Source: Octopus vulgaris
Lineage: Eukaryota
Assembly: GCA_951406725.2 (NCBI GenBank)
Contig: OX597816.1
Coordinates: 136,090,001 to 136,154,000, forward strand
DNA length: 64,000 bases
Direction: 5' to 3'
The stretch's first letter is position 1; each line of letters begins with the position of its first letter. The position numbers were made by a program, and so were the translations under genes. A model generated the notes under the pieces. That model did not search any database and was not told where the DNA came from. It was given only the letters and a program-made list of their open reading frames with translations. Shown piece after piece: positions 25,745 through 39,988 of the stretch.

Positions 25745-26430
25745 CTTTTAAGTTATTTTGCGAAAAAATGTTTTTCCTCAAGCAGATTTCCTTAATTGTA
25801 CATATTTTCCATATGTAGTTTCAAATTATTTTCATATTTAGTTCTACTTAATGTCACCTTGAGTTCACCCATGCAAAAAGATTGAAAGCAGGTACATTGT
25901 AACGTCTGCAAATGAACAACTTTGAAATTTGCTAATGGTCATTGTAAATGACCATGATAATGAAAACTTGACACCTTTGAAAGTAAATAGAGGATAGGTG
26001 TCACTGAGTATTAACTTTAATTTTGAGATGAATACCTTCTCATACTTCTTACTACCAGTCAATATTTGTCTGTGAAAGTAGAGACCAGAAAGAGATTTTA
26101 TCAAAAGTCCTGATCCATGAAGCCATCTTCTTCTCTGGTCACATTTGCATAAAACCAAAATAATCAGAGCAACCTTTACTTTTAAGGCATGTCATAGCAT
26201 TGCCAATGAAGTTAATGTATTTAAAAACTCGACTGGATAAGCTGTTATTTCTTTGTCTCTGTTTTCAATACTACCAACGCACTAAATGATGTAATATTTC
26301 CAGACAGTATTGCAAGAATATCATTGTTCAGTTTCAAAGCTTTTAATTTTTAGGAGTTAAGATTATCATTAATTATGCACCATCAATTGATTCTTCACTT
26401 GTGATGTCTGCTGAATCTCCAAACACGTCT
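25745..26430 (-). mobile_element. Helitron Rep/Hel PIF1-like helicase C-terminal relic
   Basis: ILTPKN, YPVEFLNTLT, ILTGSKKYEKVFISKLKL, FTMTISKFQSCS and FLHG*.VTLSR match Helitron motifs ILTPKN, YPVEFLNS, AMTINKSQGQ and FSHGQLYVALSR. Confidence 0.85.
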
Positions 26431-26807
26431 AATTATATCTCTTTTACTCTAATTAGCTCATGTTGTACCCCATTAGTTATTCTTACATCATTATGATCAT
26501 CATCATCATTGAACATCCATTTTGCATGCTAGCATAGGTTGGATGGCTTGACAGGAACTGATAAGGCCAGAGACCATACCAGGTTCTATAGTCTGTCTTG
26601 GCTTGGTTTCTATGGCTGAAGCCCTTCCTAACACCAAATCACTCCATAAAGCGTCCAGGGTGCTTTCTATGTGCTTTTTACATGGAAACTTGGTTATTTA
26701 TTTGCCCATGCACCATTTCATAATATCAAGAAGCCATAGATCTGCCTCTTTTCTCACAGACTTAAAAATTTTACATCAAGCCAAAGCTGAGATAATTTAG
26801 CACAAGT

Positions 26808-26848
<41 letters not shown>

Positions 26849-27703
26849 GCTGAGACTTCCTTTGGTCATCATGACTGACCATGAGATTGCACCTAGAAAG
26901 TTACCTTCCCAGGCACAAGTCTGGGCAAGGTTGTTTATGGAAGACCAGCAGTCGCCCATGCATACCAGCCTCCCCTCTCCATGCCACCAGTGTTATCCAA
27001 GGGAAAGGCAAAAGGGCCGATACAGCTTGGCAGCTGAGTGAACTGGAGCAACGTGAAATAAAGTATCTTGCTCAAGAACACAACACGCAGCCCGGTCTGG
27101 GATTCAAACTCACAACCTCATGATTGTAAGCTCAACACTCTAACCACTGAGCCATGTGCCTTCACAAATATATCTATTACATCATATCTATTATATCATA
27201 TTATAGGCATACACCTGTAAAAACAATACTTCAATACACATTCATTCAATCTTAGCACTGAAAAACATGTGAATGAATGAATATATATAAGAATACACAC
27301 ACACACATTCAGAATGTCACTATAATTGGTTGGACGGTGATGATTTGTGCTGACATGGAAACACAAACTGAAGAGGTATATGATTACCTGAAATCTAGGA
27401 GCCCTCTGATCATTGCTGGAGTATCAGTGGCAAAAAATAAAAGGCCTTGCAAAGTATAGAGCATGCTTTACGAGATTCTCAGTCCATGTGAATTTAATAT
27501 AATTATTTGTTGGTGCCCACTAAGGCTCTGACTTCAGCTTTCTTTTCTTTTTCTAGATTTACCAGGAACAACAAACAAAGGCACCTAGAGATCTTCATTG
27601 ATCTTTGCAAATCTATTGAACTGTTTAAGGTCAAAACTAGAAGAATTGAACTAGGGCATAAATGCCTGATAGCAAACAAAGCTGAAACTAATATTACAAT
27701 TAT

Positions 27704-27931
27704 TTAACCCTTTAGTATTTAAACCAGCCATATCTGGCCCAAATATTCTATTAGTTTTACATTCAAACTACTCAGATCTGGCCTCACACACCTACTCCAC
27801 AATGACATTCTAGAAATAAACAATCATATAATTGAAATCTCAAAGCTACAAGATAATACATGATTAGTTCAAAACAATGTGAACGAATAAGCATTACATT
27901 TGACAGAGAATTCTGAATGATAAAGGGTTAA
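27704..27931 (+). mobile_element. Family B TTAA MITE
   Basis: ttaa-CCCTTTAGTATT...AATGATAAAGGG-ttaa. Confidence 0.8.
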
Positions 27932-28065
27932 CAAGTGGCATGAAATACCAACAATATCAGGGAAATCGAGGAATATGTGTTGCTCTATTAACAGGAAAAG
28001 AAAATGATAAAAATTAATACTGAGTAATCTGAGTAAATAATGATTACACAAAAGTTATAGTGCAC

Positions 28066-28345
28066 ATTTGGTAGATTGACAAAGCAACTGACAGTGTCTG
28101 ATAGAGAGACAAAGAAATTGACAGTGTCTGGTAAATTGAAAAGATATTGATAGCATCTGGTAGATTAACAAAGAAATTGACAATATTGGGTAGATTAACA
28201 AAAATATTGGCAGCATCAGAAAGATTGACTAAGAAATTGATAGTGTCTGGTAGATTGACAAAGTAATTACAGTGTCTGGTAGATGTGAAAGATATTAGCA
28301 GCATCTGGTAGATTGACAAAGAAATTGACAGTATCTGATAGACAT
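28066..28345. repeat. ~30-bp minisatellite, about 9 degenerate copies
   Basis: Unit approximately tctggtagattgacaaagaaattgacagtg. Confidence 0.9.
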
Positions 28346-29239
28346 ACTAAACATCTGGGAGAAGGACAACAGAAACTGTCAACCTCTGGGAAAACAACAA
28401 ACAAGAGTCTGCCAGTGTATATTGCACAAAATAGCATACACATCACAGTATACAGAAGCCATAAACTGAAAAACCATTCACTGTATGGATAGCTTTCCGA
28501 AAGCAGTCAATATATTCTGATAGCTGCCAAATATAATCAGTGTTGGAGATATAACTATTGATAGCCAACAAAGGATTTCTTTCTAAATGCAAAAAGTAGA
28601 CTATGAGAAATATAATCCTGCACAGTGAGTTATAAAAGTCACTGTATACTAAAAGCATCAAACAAGGTTTTTAGTTATAGGTGAGTTGCAACAATCAGAA
28701 ATACTCGAGCAGATCTCTAATACTGAGATCATTAACAGAATAGTTGGAACTAACCATCAGATGTTCTGGATATGTTGTGTTTTGGTTTTGTTTAAGATAA
28801 CATCCTGGAGAAGTTAGCTCTCTGGTCTCTTCCCTCCAAAAATATTTTTTAACTTAGAAGAAAAAGAGCCTCCAAATCTGGTGAAAAGAAAGGAAGAAGC
28901 TATCCTCAGAGCCCACTACTAGCAACAAAATGGAATACTAGCATACAGATTACTACCATCCAAAATGTCACTTCTGTTTTGCAACCTAAATATGAATGCA
29001 ATAATAGCAAACAATAAGGACTAGGTTAGTGCACAGTCTTAATTCATTTGAAGTTATCAACCTAACACAGATTTCAACCAAATGAAACAATCAACTTTGC
29101 AACTATTTTGGTATAACTTTCCCCTTTCACATTGTTAGATGCTTTCCATCTTCAGTAATATTTATTATATTATTTTACTTTTATATCACACTGCTTCAAG
29201 CAAACTACAATGCTTTTCTATTTTGGTGTATGCTTTATT

Positions 29240-29603
29240 TGTCTTGATTAGATGAGAATTGTAAATTTGCAATATCAGGCTATCAGCATGAATTATATAT
29301 CTAACATGGAAGGTGGCAAGGGAAAATAGAATTAGGCATACAGGAAAAGAAAAAAAAATCAGTTAGGAACAGATTATGAGGTTACATAATGGCTGGAAAA
29401 TTATGATTGATGAGTTCAGTGTAGAATGTACTCATATCAGATAGAGACCAGAGAAAACTTATGATGAAATAGTTTGGTCATACTAAAAAATGGTATGACT
29501 TCCATGTGATAGCATGAAGCTAAGAAGACAGCTGATTTTTGTAGATTTGGCCTACCAACACTAATGTTGAAAAAAAAATGAGTAGCACAATGATGATGAT
29601 GAT
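29240..29603 (+). mobile_element. Very old RTE 3' end relic
   Basis: DRPEKTYDEIV (GRPRKTWDEVV-like); ends in (GAT)n. Confidence 0.4.
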
Positions 29604-31047
29604 TAAATAACAAAGTTTATAAAAAAAAAGAGATAAACCATTTTTTCTACTAATAAGTTCTAAATGATATTAATCCAATCTAATAAAAATCAAGATTTAT
29701 ATAAAAAAATAATTCTGTTATACTACTGTGAGAGAAGAGGAACAGAAAAATTATAAAACTAAAAGGTTAAATTCCTAATTTCTGTTAATTATTTTAGCAT
29801 GCTAAGATATTATTATAATTAGGTCTGAAATTAAAATTGACCTAGTTGATATCAAATTTTTAGAAATTTCTTTTAACATAAGAAAAAAAAGAAATTTTGC
29901 AAGACTATAACTGAGTTCATAGAATTTAGCTTATGCTAAATTCTATGAAGCAGCAACTCCCTAAATAATTCACATCTATAAAATGTGACTGACATTTGTT
30001 GTTGTATATACATACTGAAGCAATGAAATCACTAAGTTTCCCATAGCAATCCCTTTTATTTATACAAAAAGCTTATCAACAATGGCATGACAGCTTTTTT
30101 TAAATTCAGTGCTAATAACAGGTTCTCTATGATTTTCCTCCATATCAATGCAATGAGAGCTGACAGTCAATATGAAAGTTGTGAACATGGAATAGATACA
30201 GCAAAAGCATTGAAGTTTCACAATTTTAGTAGCAGCAGCATTGTATTGCATGTTCTTCTTAACTCAAGGTGAGGGTTACACAATAATGCAAAGTTGTCTT
30301 ACTCCTTAGCTAATTTCTCTTTCAGTTTTAATAATCTTAATCAGTTTCAGTTACTACATTCCAGTATGGTATCCTAGTTGCATTGTATTATGATAATACA
30401 ACAGTTCATTGATAACTTTGATCACACACCCATACCATAAGAGTTTTAGTGTAGTCTACCTACCTCAGTTTCACATAGCAGATTTAGTATATTATACATA
30501 GTAAATATCAGTACTGTCAGATCATCTAGTTTAATTCTGTACCATCAAATTCACACATACACTCCTACACATGTAAACAGAAACACATTGCTGTCATAGT
30601 TTAAATTTTAAAACAACTGTATTCACACTCTAAGAAATATATTTCTCATTGGAGTAAAACACAGATCTTATATTTGAGTTACTTAGGCCATATGCAGGTT
30701 TTTTGCATGAGAGTTGGATTTTTCAGATATGAATGTCAACTTGTGAATTAGGATGTGACTAACAATCAACCTCAAAAACAAATAGTTATGGTGGAAAATC
30801 AGGTTCAAGTGGCACTAATAATTCTACAAAACACAATATATATTTGTTTTATGACGAGATGAGTAAGAGTTGTCTTAAAATAAATTGTTTGCTTTCATGA
30901 CAATAATTACGAGTTCACCTATCATTCTACATGTTTAAAATAACACTTATGTTTAAGAAATTATTAGAGAGTAAATTTTCTGTGGGTAATAGATGAAAAC
31001 CTGAAGCTTTGTACTCCAGTTAAAATTTAATACTAATAGTGCTTTAA

Positions 31048-31268
31048 CCCTTTCGTTACCAACCCGGCTGAAACCGGCTCTGGCTCTGTAGTACAAATGT
31101 CTTGTTTTCATAAGTTTTGAATTAAAATCTTCCACCAAACCTTAGTCACAATTTATGTGCCTAACACTAGCTTAACGGTAACTAAGTTATTTTACTAAAT
31201 TCTTTGTTATATTTAAAGTAATTGAAAAAAACACAGAGCATCTCAAAATAAATACAGTAACGAAAGGG
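31048..31268 (+). mobile_element. piggyBac-like MITE family A, young copy
   Basis: TTAA at 31044-31047 and 31269-31272; perfect TIR CCCTTTCGTTAC / GTAACGAAAGGG. Confidence 0.9.
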
Positions 31269-34200
31269 TTAAGTCTCTCATACATTATATAATTATCAAC
31301 ATTAATCGTCTATTTTCCATGCTAATATGGGTTGGATGGCTTGACAGGAACTGGCAAGACCAGGGGTTGCACTAGGTTCCATAGTTTGTTTTGGCTTGGT
31401 TTCTATGGCTGGGTACCCTTCCTAATGCCAACCACTCCACAGTGTGTACTGTGTGCATTTTACATGGCACCAGTGCTTTTTAAGTGGCACCAACACCATT
31501 GCTTTTTATATAATACCAGCACCCACACCAATGCTTTTTACATGGCACTTTGGTTTTGGGATCTCAATTCTGTTGTGGTGGGTCAGTCTTCTCAAGTAAA
31601 GCAATGTGCCACATATTTCAATCCTCTTATATGTTGCATTTAGCACTAATACTAAAACAGTCTGCTGCTTTTCTAAATTATCTTCTACCATCACTCATAA
31701 GTTTACCTGGATAATTAAACCTGCAATGCAAAACAGCAAATAATTAAAATGCTGGCCTATTCTCAGTCTGTTTGAAAATCACATCTTTGTATGAATTGTA
31801 TAGCCTCTAAAAAAAAATTAGCATTATAGAACATGATGGCAATGCAGATAGAATATTAATTATCAGAAATAACAATAACAACCATATTGAAGTTACCTAA
31901 GAAATATTTGATTAGTTGTGATACTTTGAGTTACATAGGCTTTAAACAACAAAGAGAAATATAAATGACCTGTCTATTCTGTTGACATGTCAAATCTTTG
32001 TGTGGGATATTAGAATTACGACATGGGCTGAGATGCAGAATTTGAAGCTGTGAATTGTGTTTTCATGGGTTAACAGTGTCAGAAACAGCTCCCCAATAAT
32101 GGAAACCTAAGAGTGCTAGCCAACTGCCTGGTCTGCAACATGGACATTAGCCTATATATTATCATCATATATTAGATTTATTTAGCCAAATGTAATGAAT
32201 ATTTTTTGAAAATATATCATTCTCTGGCATATATTTCAATTTTTCAGGCCAAATTTTACAGCTAAAAGAGGTAGATCAACATATAAACCAAGACAACTTT
32301 GGAGAACCAAAAATTTCATGTGAATTGGAGGACCAAAAATTCCATGCAGCAGGATTTAGAAAGATAGTGACAATGTGTGAATGTTTACACTATATACCAC
32401 ATCAATTTGTATGCTGGAAAATACAGTAGAAGAGCACCATCTTTGAAAAAAACAGCTTGGAAATTGCAGGAACATGAACAAGAGCATCACAGCTACCATT
32501 AAAGCCACAGACTATGATATTAGTAATTTGCATATAAAAGAAGACATCCTGTACAAAAATACAAACCAACAATAAACAACTGGTTTGAATTGAACAAGTG
32601 CCAGTGGATACTGTGAATAACATGCATCAAATACTTGGCCTAATTTCTCCTTGCACATATCATAGAACTCAATTCATATCCCCAAATTCTACACCTCCAC
32701 ATACTATGTATCAGAAATGTAATGAACCAGTAATTTAGATGTTAAAAACCTGTAATCAATACCCCTATTGTTCACCAACTGTGATATACAATAAATAAAT
32801 ATCATTAATAAATAACATGTTCTACAGCTGGGTGCCCTTCCTACTGCTAAAAAAAAGGGGGCCAGTAGATTAATACCTTATTTTAGAGCAAAATGAAAAG
32901 GTTATAAAACTTTACAACATAATGGCTATTAGATATTACACAGGTAATCCAAAACTTCTGGCTCTCAAGCCACTAGAGAAGCAGTGTTTGTAATGTTATA
33001 GATGTTTGACATTGTTTCTCCACCACTTTGCATTCCCAAAATTCTGCATCACATCAAATTTACACTAAACACTTTCCTTAATATTTTCTCCCAAGCACTG
33101 AAAGCCACTGGTACTCATCCCTCATTCAGGTTTTCTCTACAAACATCAAACCCATTAATCTGAGGGAAACTACAAAGGTCAGAAAATTACTACACCTCCT
33201 TACATTAAGTTTTTTAAAAAAATAATATTTCTTTTTCTTCTTATTCTATAAATATATTATGATTCTGTGAAATATCCATTTCTCTCTTGTATGAAGGTAC
33301 TACACCAAATACATACACTTAGACATGTTCAATAAAACTTAAGCTATTTTCTGTACATATACCTCCAGAAGTCTGTACTTAGATTCTTTGAAGCATTACC
33401 TCAATTAAGACACGTTTTATTATGAGACACTACTGTTAAAATACATCCAGCCACAGATCTTAAGTGGTTTGTTTGCAAGTTTCAATGGCATATGTTATTA
33501 TTTGCGCAACAACTGACATATTTTAAAGCTTAGTCATAAAATTGAGCTAGGCTCATGAGTTTAACAGACTTTCTGAGACTGGTAAATTTCGTGTGATGTA
33601 CATAGTGTACCAACACACTCAACCCCTGGACTACAGACATGCTGTCTCCTCACTTTGCTTTTCTACTGCTACTGTCTGCCGTATTTTATTTCATATCCTT
33701 AACATAATTTTCAACACACAAATGAGAGCAATGAGCATACAAATAGGGTTCTAAATCTAAAAATAGACACAATCTTTAGAGAAACAGAAAGTTGGAATGA
33801 TAGCCCCTGTCTAATTGCTCTACTCACCAAGATCTTTGTAAAGGCTATAAAGTCAGAGTAAGTAAATATGTAGAAATTCTATTTCATTTAAATGTAAATT
33901 GTCATATAAAGCATTAAATTTTCCATTCTCACAGATACTAATTTGACTGTTTTCTGTACTGAAAATAACCAAATCAAATCTATGACCTTCTGTGAAGGAG
34001 GATCTGGTAGAAGTAATTCTGTTTCTAAGAATTCTGTTAGTAAATTTTTTATTTGAATTTTTGATTTAACAACTATAGGTACAATGTTTCATTAACACAA
34101 TATAATTTATATTTCATTAACATTCACTGAAATTTTATAACCAAACAATGCTTTAGAAAAGGCTATGTATCTAAATGGACTTATTTCTTTATAAATGGTC

Positions 34201-37200
34201 ATTTGTTAGGCATTCTACCTTTTAGTTTTTACTTTGATGTATTTTAAATTTTTGAAAAAGTAAAGGAAGATTCCTTTGATTTTCTTTTGATAATATTTTT
34301 AAAGTTTATTTCTTTACACCTGCTTACAAGTTCTAGAAAAAAATCAACCCTGTTATCTAATTTCGTAAGTTTTGTATTATGCTAGCAATTTGTTAGCAAT
34401 TTCTTACTTAATATAAAAGAATCAAACTGGACTAATTATAGCCTTTAAACCCAAACTTTAAACAGATTAGAGTCCTAGAAAAAGTATGATTCGTGTTTTC
34501 ACTGAATATGAGAAATATAATTAGTCTGCAAACAGAGAAACTTGAGTCAGAGTTGCAAGTTCTATGTACCATTTCCACAGCCCTGCTTATTTTTGTTAAC
34601 TTTCCTAGAACACTTAATTCCATTACTTGAAGCAGCTAGTTTTACTCAGTATTGATGAATAACCACAGCTCAGGCTACAGGAGGGCTTAGAGCTTATGTT
34701 ATAAAGGAGTTCTAGATTTAAATAAAAACATTACATAAATATTAAAATACAATTTTTTTACTTGTATAATAAACTACAATTTAAAAATTTTCTAGATTTA
34801 GCATAGATAAATCTATTGAAAAGGACCAAACTTGGCCAGTCATTCTAACAACCCCAAATAATTTTCATTGTGAGGAGAGTTAATAACTTTGTCATCATCA
34901 TACACTGAAACACTTTATTCCTACTAATAATATTATAACTTCAATTATTCACTCTAGAAATGTGCTTCAATGGTTGTATTCAGGGTCAATTTCTTCCACA
35001 AGTAGGGGAACTGACACATCCATCTTTGTTTCTGTGCATCCATAGTGAAATTAATGTGTGTCTATGTGAGAAACTTTATGTTAACTTCACATATTATTGG
35101 CATTTTCCAGATATTAAACCCCTCTCCACTAAACTTTGATGAACTTCCTGAAGTCATAACCTTGAATAGGAAGCAGAATAGTTTTCATTTGCTTTCTGAG
35201 AAATGTGATAACTATATGTATTACATTTTGGGGAGGAGGGGGACCACAAAAAAATAAATAAATAAAACCTAGATATATTTTTGTTTTTACTTAAACCAAA
35301 ACCTAGTTATTTTATAAAATTACAATTATTCATTTTGATAAATACAACAGCTTATTTGAAGGACCAATGTATACAGTTCAACAAGCACATGAGTGGGAAT
35401 AAAGCTGGTTAGTTTGCTAGATGTGTATTCCTCTGCTGAGTTGAATTATAAATATATTTATGGCTCTAAACTACATATTTGATGAGTTAATGTCTTTAGA
35501 TAAGTTAGTACGAGGTAGGTAAATCAAAACAAATACAAGGAACCCATGTTTGAGATATTTAGAAGTACAGTGGAAAATGATGGCTTAGACAGCGTAGATT
35601 TTGTCAGTATTCCCTCCCATACTATGGTTTCCACTTTTACAAAAATCCAAATGAAGCTTCAGGAAACGTATAACATGTTTGAACAGGCAATCCAAAGTGA
35701 ATCAACCTTTGTTAATGAATATCTAGTAGCCACCAATACCTTGATATGCCAGAAATCTACAATTATTCCCTACTAATTCTCTTTTGTATACTGATGTCAA
35801 CAACATTTATGACAATGCCCCAAACTAAAGATTATGCTGCAGTAAATATGAATAGGTCTATAGACACTGATTCCATTTCAAACTAAACCTAAAAACAGAA
35901 AGCTTACATGTTACAACCCTTGCACAAATTTGCTAATATATAGCATTCTTACTTAAGCAATTAATATGCACAGGTTAAATATTTTCTTCTGATACACAAC
36001 CCACAACCTTAATATAACATTAGTTCGTTTTTGTGGTCTAATTTTAAACAGTTATTAGTACTATAATTTTGCTCAAAGGTATGTAATTAAAATAGAAACT
36101 ACATAAATTATATGTTTATTACCTGGTCAGAATTACCTATTTGATTTATTGCGGATGGTCAGCATTACAGTGTCTGTAATATATTAGTAATAATCTGATT
36201 TGTTCAGTCAGTTTTATTTCTGAGAAAAATAATTATCAGGTTTAATTATTCTACGATGAATTCAATATACTGAAACAGAGAAATACAATAGCAAGTCTAT
36301 TAATTAGTATCCAACAAAAATGAAGTGTGTTCATTTATTGTTGCCATTCAATTTAGTATATTAGGTCTCGAAAGTGTTCCAAGTATTGGATCAATCTTAA
36401 ATACACAACCATTAATAAAGGCCGAAGGCAGAATAATACTCGAGTAATATAGTATGTGCAGGCTCACTAAATCAGAATTGACAGCTTGTAAATACTTAGT
36501 GCAAGCTTTAAGAAAAGCAGGGCCTGTAACATGCTATTCTTACAACCAGATTAATCTAACCCAGCAGCAGATAACTCTTCAGCTCCTGAGTATATTGTTT
36601 TTACTTTCCAATATTTTCCTTATGATATCTAGTATCTTCAAGATAGACATTTAGTATTTGTAGTACAATTTCCTTCATCATAAATATTTTGCTTATGCAC
36701 TGGCTGTTTGAAAACTACTGAAAAATATCCTATATATTGTGATTCATGTCTCTCTTTTATTTAAACTGAGGTAAAGAGTTTGTTTGAGGGAACCTTGTTA
36801 TTACTAACAAATCAATAATTTTACAATCTCCGTAGTCTACTGGGATACAAATAGTCTAAGGTTAACACCTGGACACTACTGCCTCAAGTGCTAGAACTCA
36901 CTGGGCTGATGACCTGGTTTCCATTACATATAAGTGACCAGGATCACAACATTCCCCCTAAACGAGACACTAATCCATTACAAGATAACTCATTTACAGC
37001 TGAGGGCCCTGAAGCATCATGAAAGTGTTTTTCCCAAGAACACAATGCACCACCCTGTCTGGGAATCAAAACCATGATCTTGCAATCATGAATGCAACAC
37101 CCTGACCACTAGACCCATGCACCTTCACTACAAATAACCTAAAACAAGCATTAAAGAGAAACAACTGTCAACTGTCAAATTCATCTCATCTGTTGCTCTT

Positions 37201-38640
37201 CTGGCCACTACTAGAACAGATAATGAACTATTCTGTTGAAGACAATGTATGAGTGTTCAGCTTTAGCTGAACAACTTGCATGAATGATTTGTTTATAGTG
37301 ATCAAATGTATGTGCTGTACATTAGCTCACACCTTCCATCGAATTGATGTTGTCTGAACAGGTGCACAAGTGTGCCAGATGTCGGATGTTGAAATGATCA
37401 CAGGGCAACATGAGATGAAGTGTTTCATTCAAGAGCACAACACACCACTTGGTCTAGGAATTGAAACCATAATCTCGCAATTGTGAATGCAACACTCTAA
37501 CTACTAGGCCATGCATCCTCACAATTAGAACAGATAAGACAATGAATGAAATGCAGCATTCTCAAACTGTCACACTGCCACCTACATGATGAACCATTGA
37601 CTGCTGATATGCACAAAGTGGCCTTTAATCAAAGGTATGGTGTACAGGAGTATTGGATCCATGGATCACACTCCATCATTTGCATGTGTGCCATTAATAG
37701 ATATGAAATATATTTTAAATAAAGTAAATATTCTAAGGAAATAATTTATGAAAACACCAATGCGTTGATATACTTGATACATATCTATCAAATCTCTTAT
37801 AGATAACATTTTCACCTTACTCTCCTCTAAGAAGTTATCAGAATTTCTTCACACTTAGTGAGTTCCCCCCACCCACCCCATAAAATGAATAAGTGTCTTT
37901 AAGTAGCAGCATTAACCTTCACTTCTTTACTTTCAGCTATTTTGTTTGTTTTGTCTACATCATGTCAGGAGCCAGTCTCATTTATTATATTTTTCTTCTG
38001 TCACTTCTCTCAGGTAAAGCTTACTTCACTAGTCCTCACTCTCCTTTCTATTCCTTGCACATTCCTCACCTTCACTCTATAGTTTCTTTTGTATATTCAA
38101 TAATGCCACTTTTTTTTTATATAGTTCCTACTGTTCTTCAATGCCTCATTTATTTACAAACCTGTTTGCTAACACCAGCTTGAACTGGTTTCATAGAGCA
38201 TGGTCTGTTAGTTTGCAAACACTGAATGCATTTAAGAAGGTTATTTTTTTCTTCTTCTTTTCAATAATATTAGAAACAATTATTAATGAGATCTAATTGA
38301 AGCAGTGATCATTCATCATGCAGTCTCTAAGCAATCAGCTAAGGAGTGACATTTCACTTATATTTGCCAATTTGTAATCTACATAAGACAGGACAGCTTC
38401 TGCAACTGAACAAAATATTTTTACAGACTGATACTCTTCTTACTAAAATTCATGCAACCATAAATCAGGAGTGAGACTTATCCCAAGAAGGGTGCCTAGA
38501 ACAAGTAAAATGCAGATCATGTTCAATAGATAACAACATTTATAATAAGATTTGGAATTATGATGAGGTAGCCAACAGTCAAATTCGTTAGCTTTGTGCC
38601 TTTAATATTCCTGAAATTTAATAAGGTAAATATTCTAAAG

Positions 38641-39018
38641 CAGGAGTTTTCAACCACTGGGCCACAGACAGGTAATGGGCCATGCATCATTTGGTACCAG
38701 GCTACACAGAGAGAATAAATCTTAAAATTTTATCTCTATTTCACTATCACAGTCAGCAGGGTGTTTTTGTTTTTTTTTTGCATTATATATATATATGTAT
38801 GTATGTATTCTTTATTGTGTTTTGTTACGCACATGTGAAAAATGGAAATGTTATCTATAAGACTTTTGAAAGACATGTATCAGTAAGTCAAAACATTGAT
38901 GTTTTCATTAATCGGTTCCTTTGGAACAACAGTCCTCACTCTTTTTTATGCCACAGGCCAGTATCATGCTAGACAATTTTTCCTTGAACTGTGGCATAAA
39001 AAAGAGTGAGGACTGTTG
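38641..39018 (+). mobile_element. hAT-Charlie (MER1-like) MITE, rearranged internally
   Basis: Left end CAGGAGTTTTCAACCACTGGGCCACAGAC; right end GGCATAAAAAAGAGTGAGGACTGTTG; TSD TTCTAAAG / TTCCAAAG (7 of 8). Confidence 0.7.
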
Positions 39019-39110
39019 TTCCAAAGGAACCGATTAATGAAAACATCAATGTTTTGACTTACTGATACATGTCTTTCAAAAGTCTTATAGATAACATTTC
39101 CATTTTTCAC
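38835..39110. repeat. Perfect 122-bp inverted repeat with 32-nt spacer
   Basis: Arms 38835-38956 and 38989-39110 are exact reverse complements; the opposing ORFs 38682+ and 38964- share an identical 40-aa stretch. Confidence 0.95.
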
Positions 39111-39952
39111 CATCCCCAATGAAAAGATTATAAGGAACAAAAAAGAGAAAGAAAATAACAATCTTAACACCAGATTTTGATCAGTTGAACCCTATTGTTG
39201 GGGCTTTACCTTACACTTCTGAGTGAGTATATGCAGGTTTTAGGTTTCAATACACACATATTCTGACAGCCATTTATATTTATTACAGTAGTATGTCAGG
39301 AAATGATAGCTGGTTAATAAATGTTAATAAGCAGTAAGTGTAGTGATAAGTGAAAATCTCATCTCTGACTTCTGCATAATATGTTGGTTATTATAGAGAT
39401 GAGATAAGACAGAGGGCACCTGGAGACAATTGTACTAATTTGTAAATATTATACCAACTGAAATTTAATGATGTAGAATAAATAAAAATACAAGAAGATT
39501 GGGTTAACATTTCAAACCATAAAGTGAATTGAAGTATAAAATATAGAATGGTCTGTTATAGTAATATAACTCAAATTTCTAAACTTAAAATAACTTTTAC
39601 TTTTCTTACATATCCAGTAGCCTGAAAGTATGAAAGCTGCACATTGTATCGCAAATCTCTAAATCATTGCCTCTCAAGATCTAATTTCAATAAAGTAGTA
39701 CCACTAAAAAAGTACAATTTAGTACACTTCCATATAAAATCATATAATAATAATCCTTTCTATAAAGGCACAAGGCTTGAAATTTTAGGGGAGGGGACTA
39801 GTCAACTACATTGATCCCAGTGTTTCACTGGTGTTTAATTTACCAACCCTGAAAGGATGAAAGGCAAAGTCAACCACAGCAGAATATGAACTCAGCTCAT
39901 AAGGACAGACAAGATGCCGCTAAACATTTTGCCAGCATGCTGATTCTGACAG

Positions 39953-39988
<36 letters not shown>

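Noticed and set aside
27362-27405. Hammerhead-like CTGAAGA-GGTA/TACC-t-GAAA
   Set aside because: No convincing stem I and no UH cleavage site; at best a dead relic.
28940-28985. KTEV-encoding segment after an AG as possible exon 2
   Set aside because: Wrong phase for the exon 1 donor, and the flanking residues do not match AEKTEVLSEDL.
31697-31710. 14-nt AG/GT-bounded segment on the minus strand (a 17-nt one also lies near 33828-33844)
   Set aside because: Not frame-preserving and expected by chance in a long intron.
32400-32645. Possible LINE RT remnant (KKT, KYLG)
   Set aside because: Too few motifs to call with confidence.
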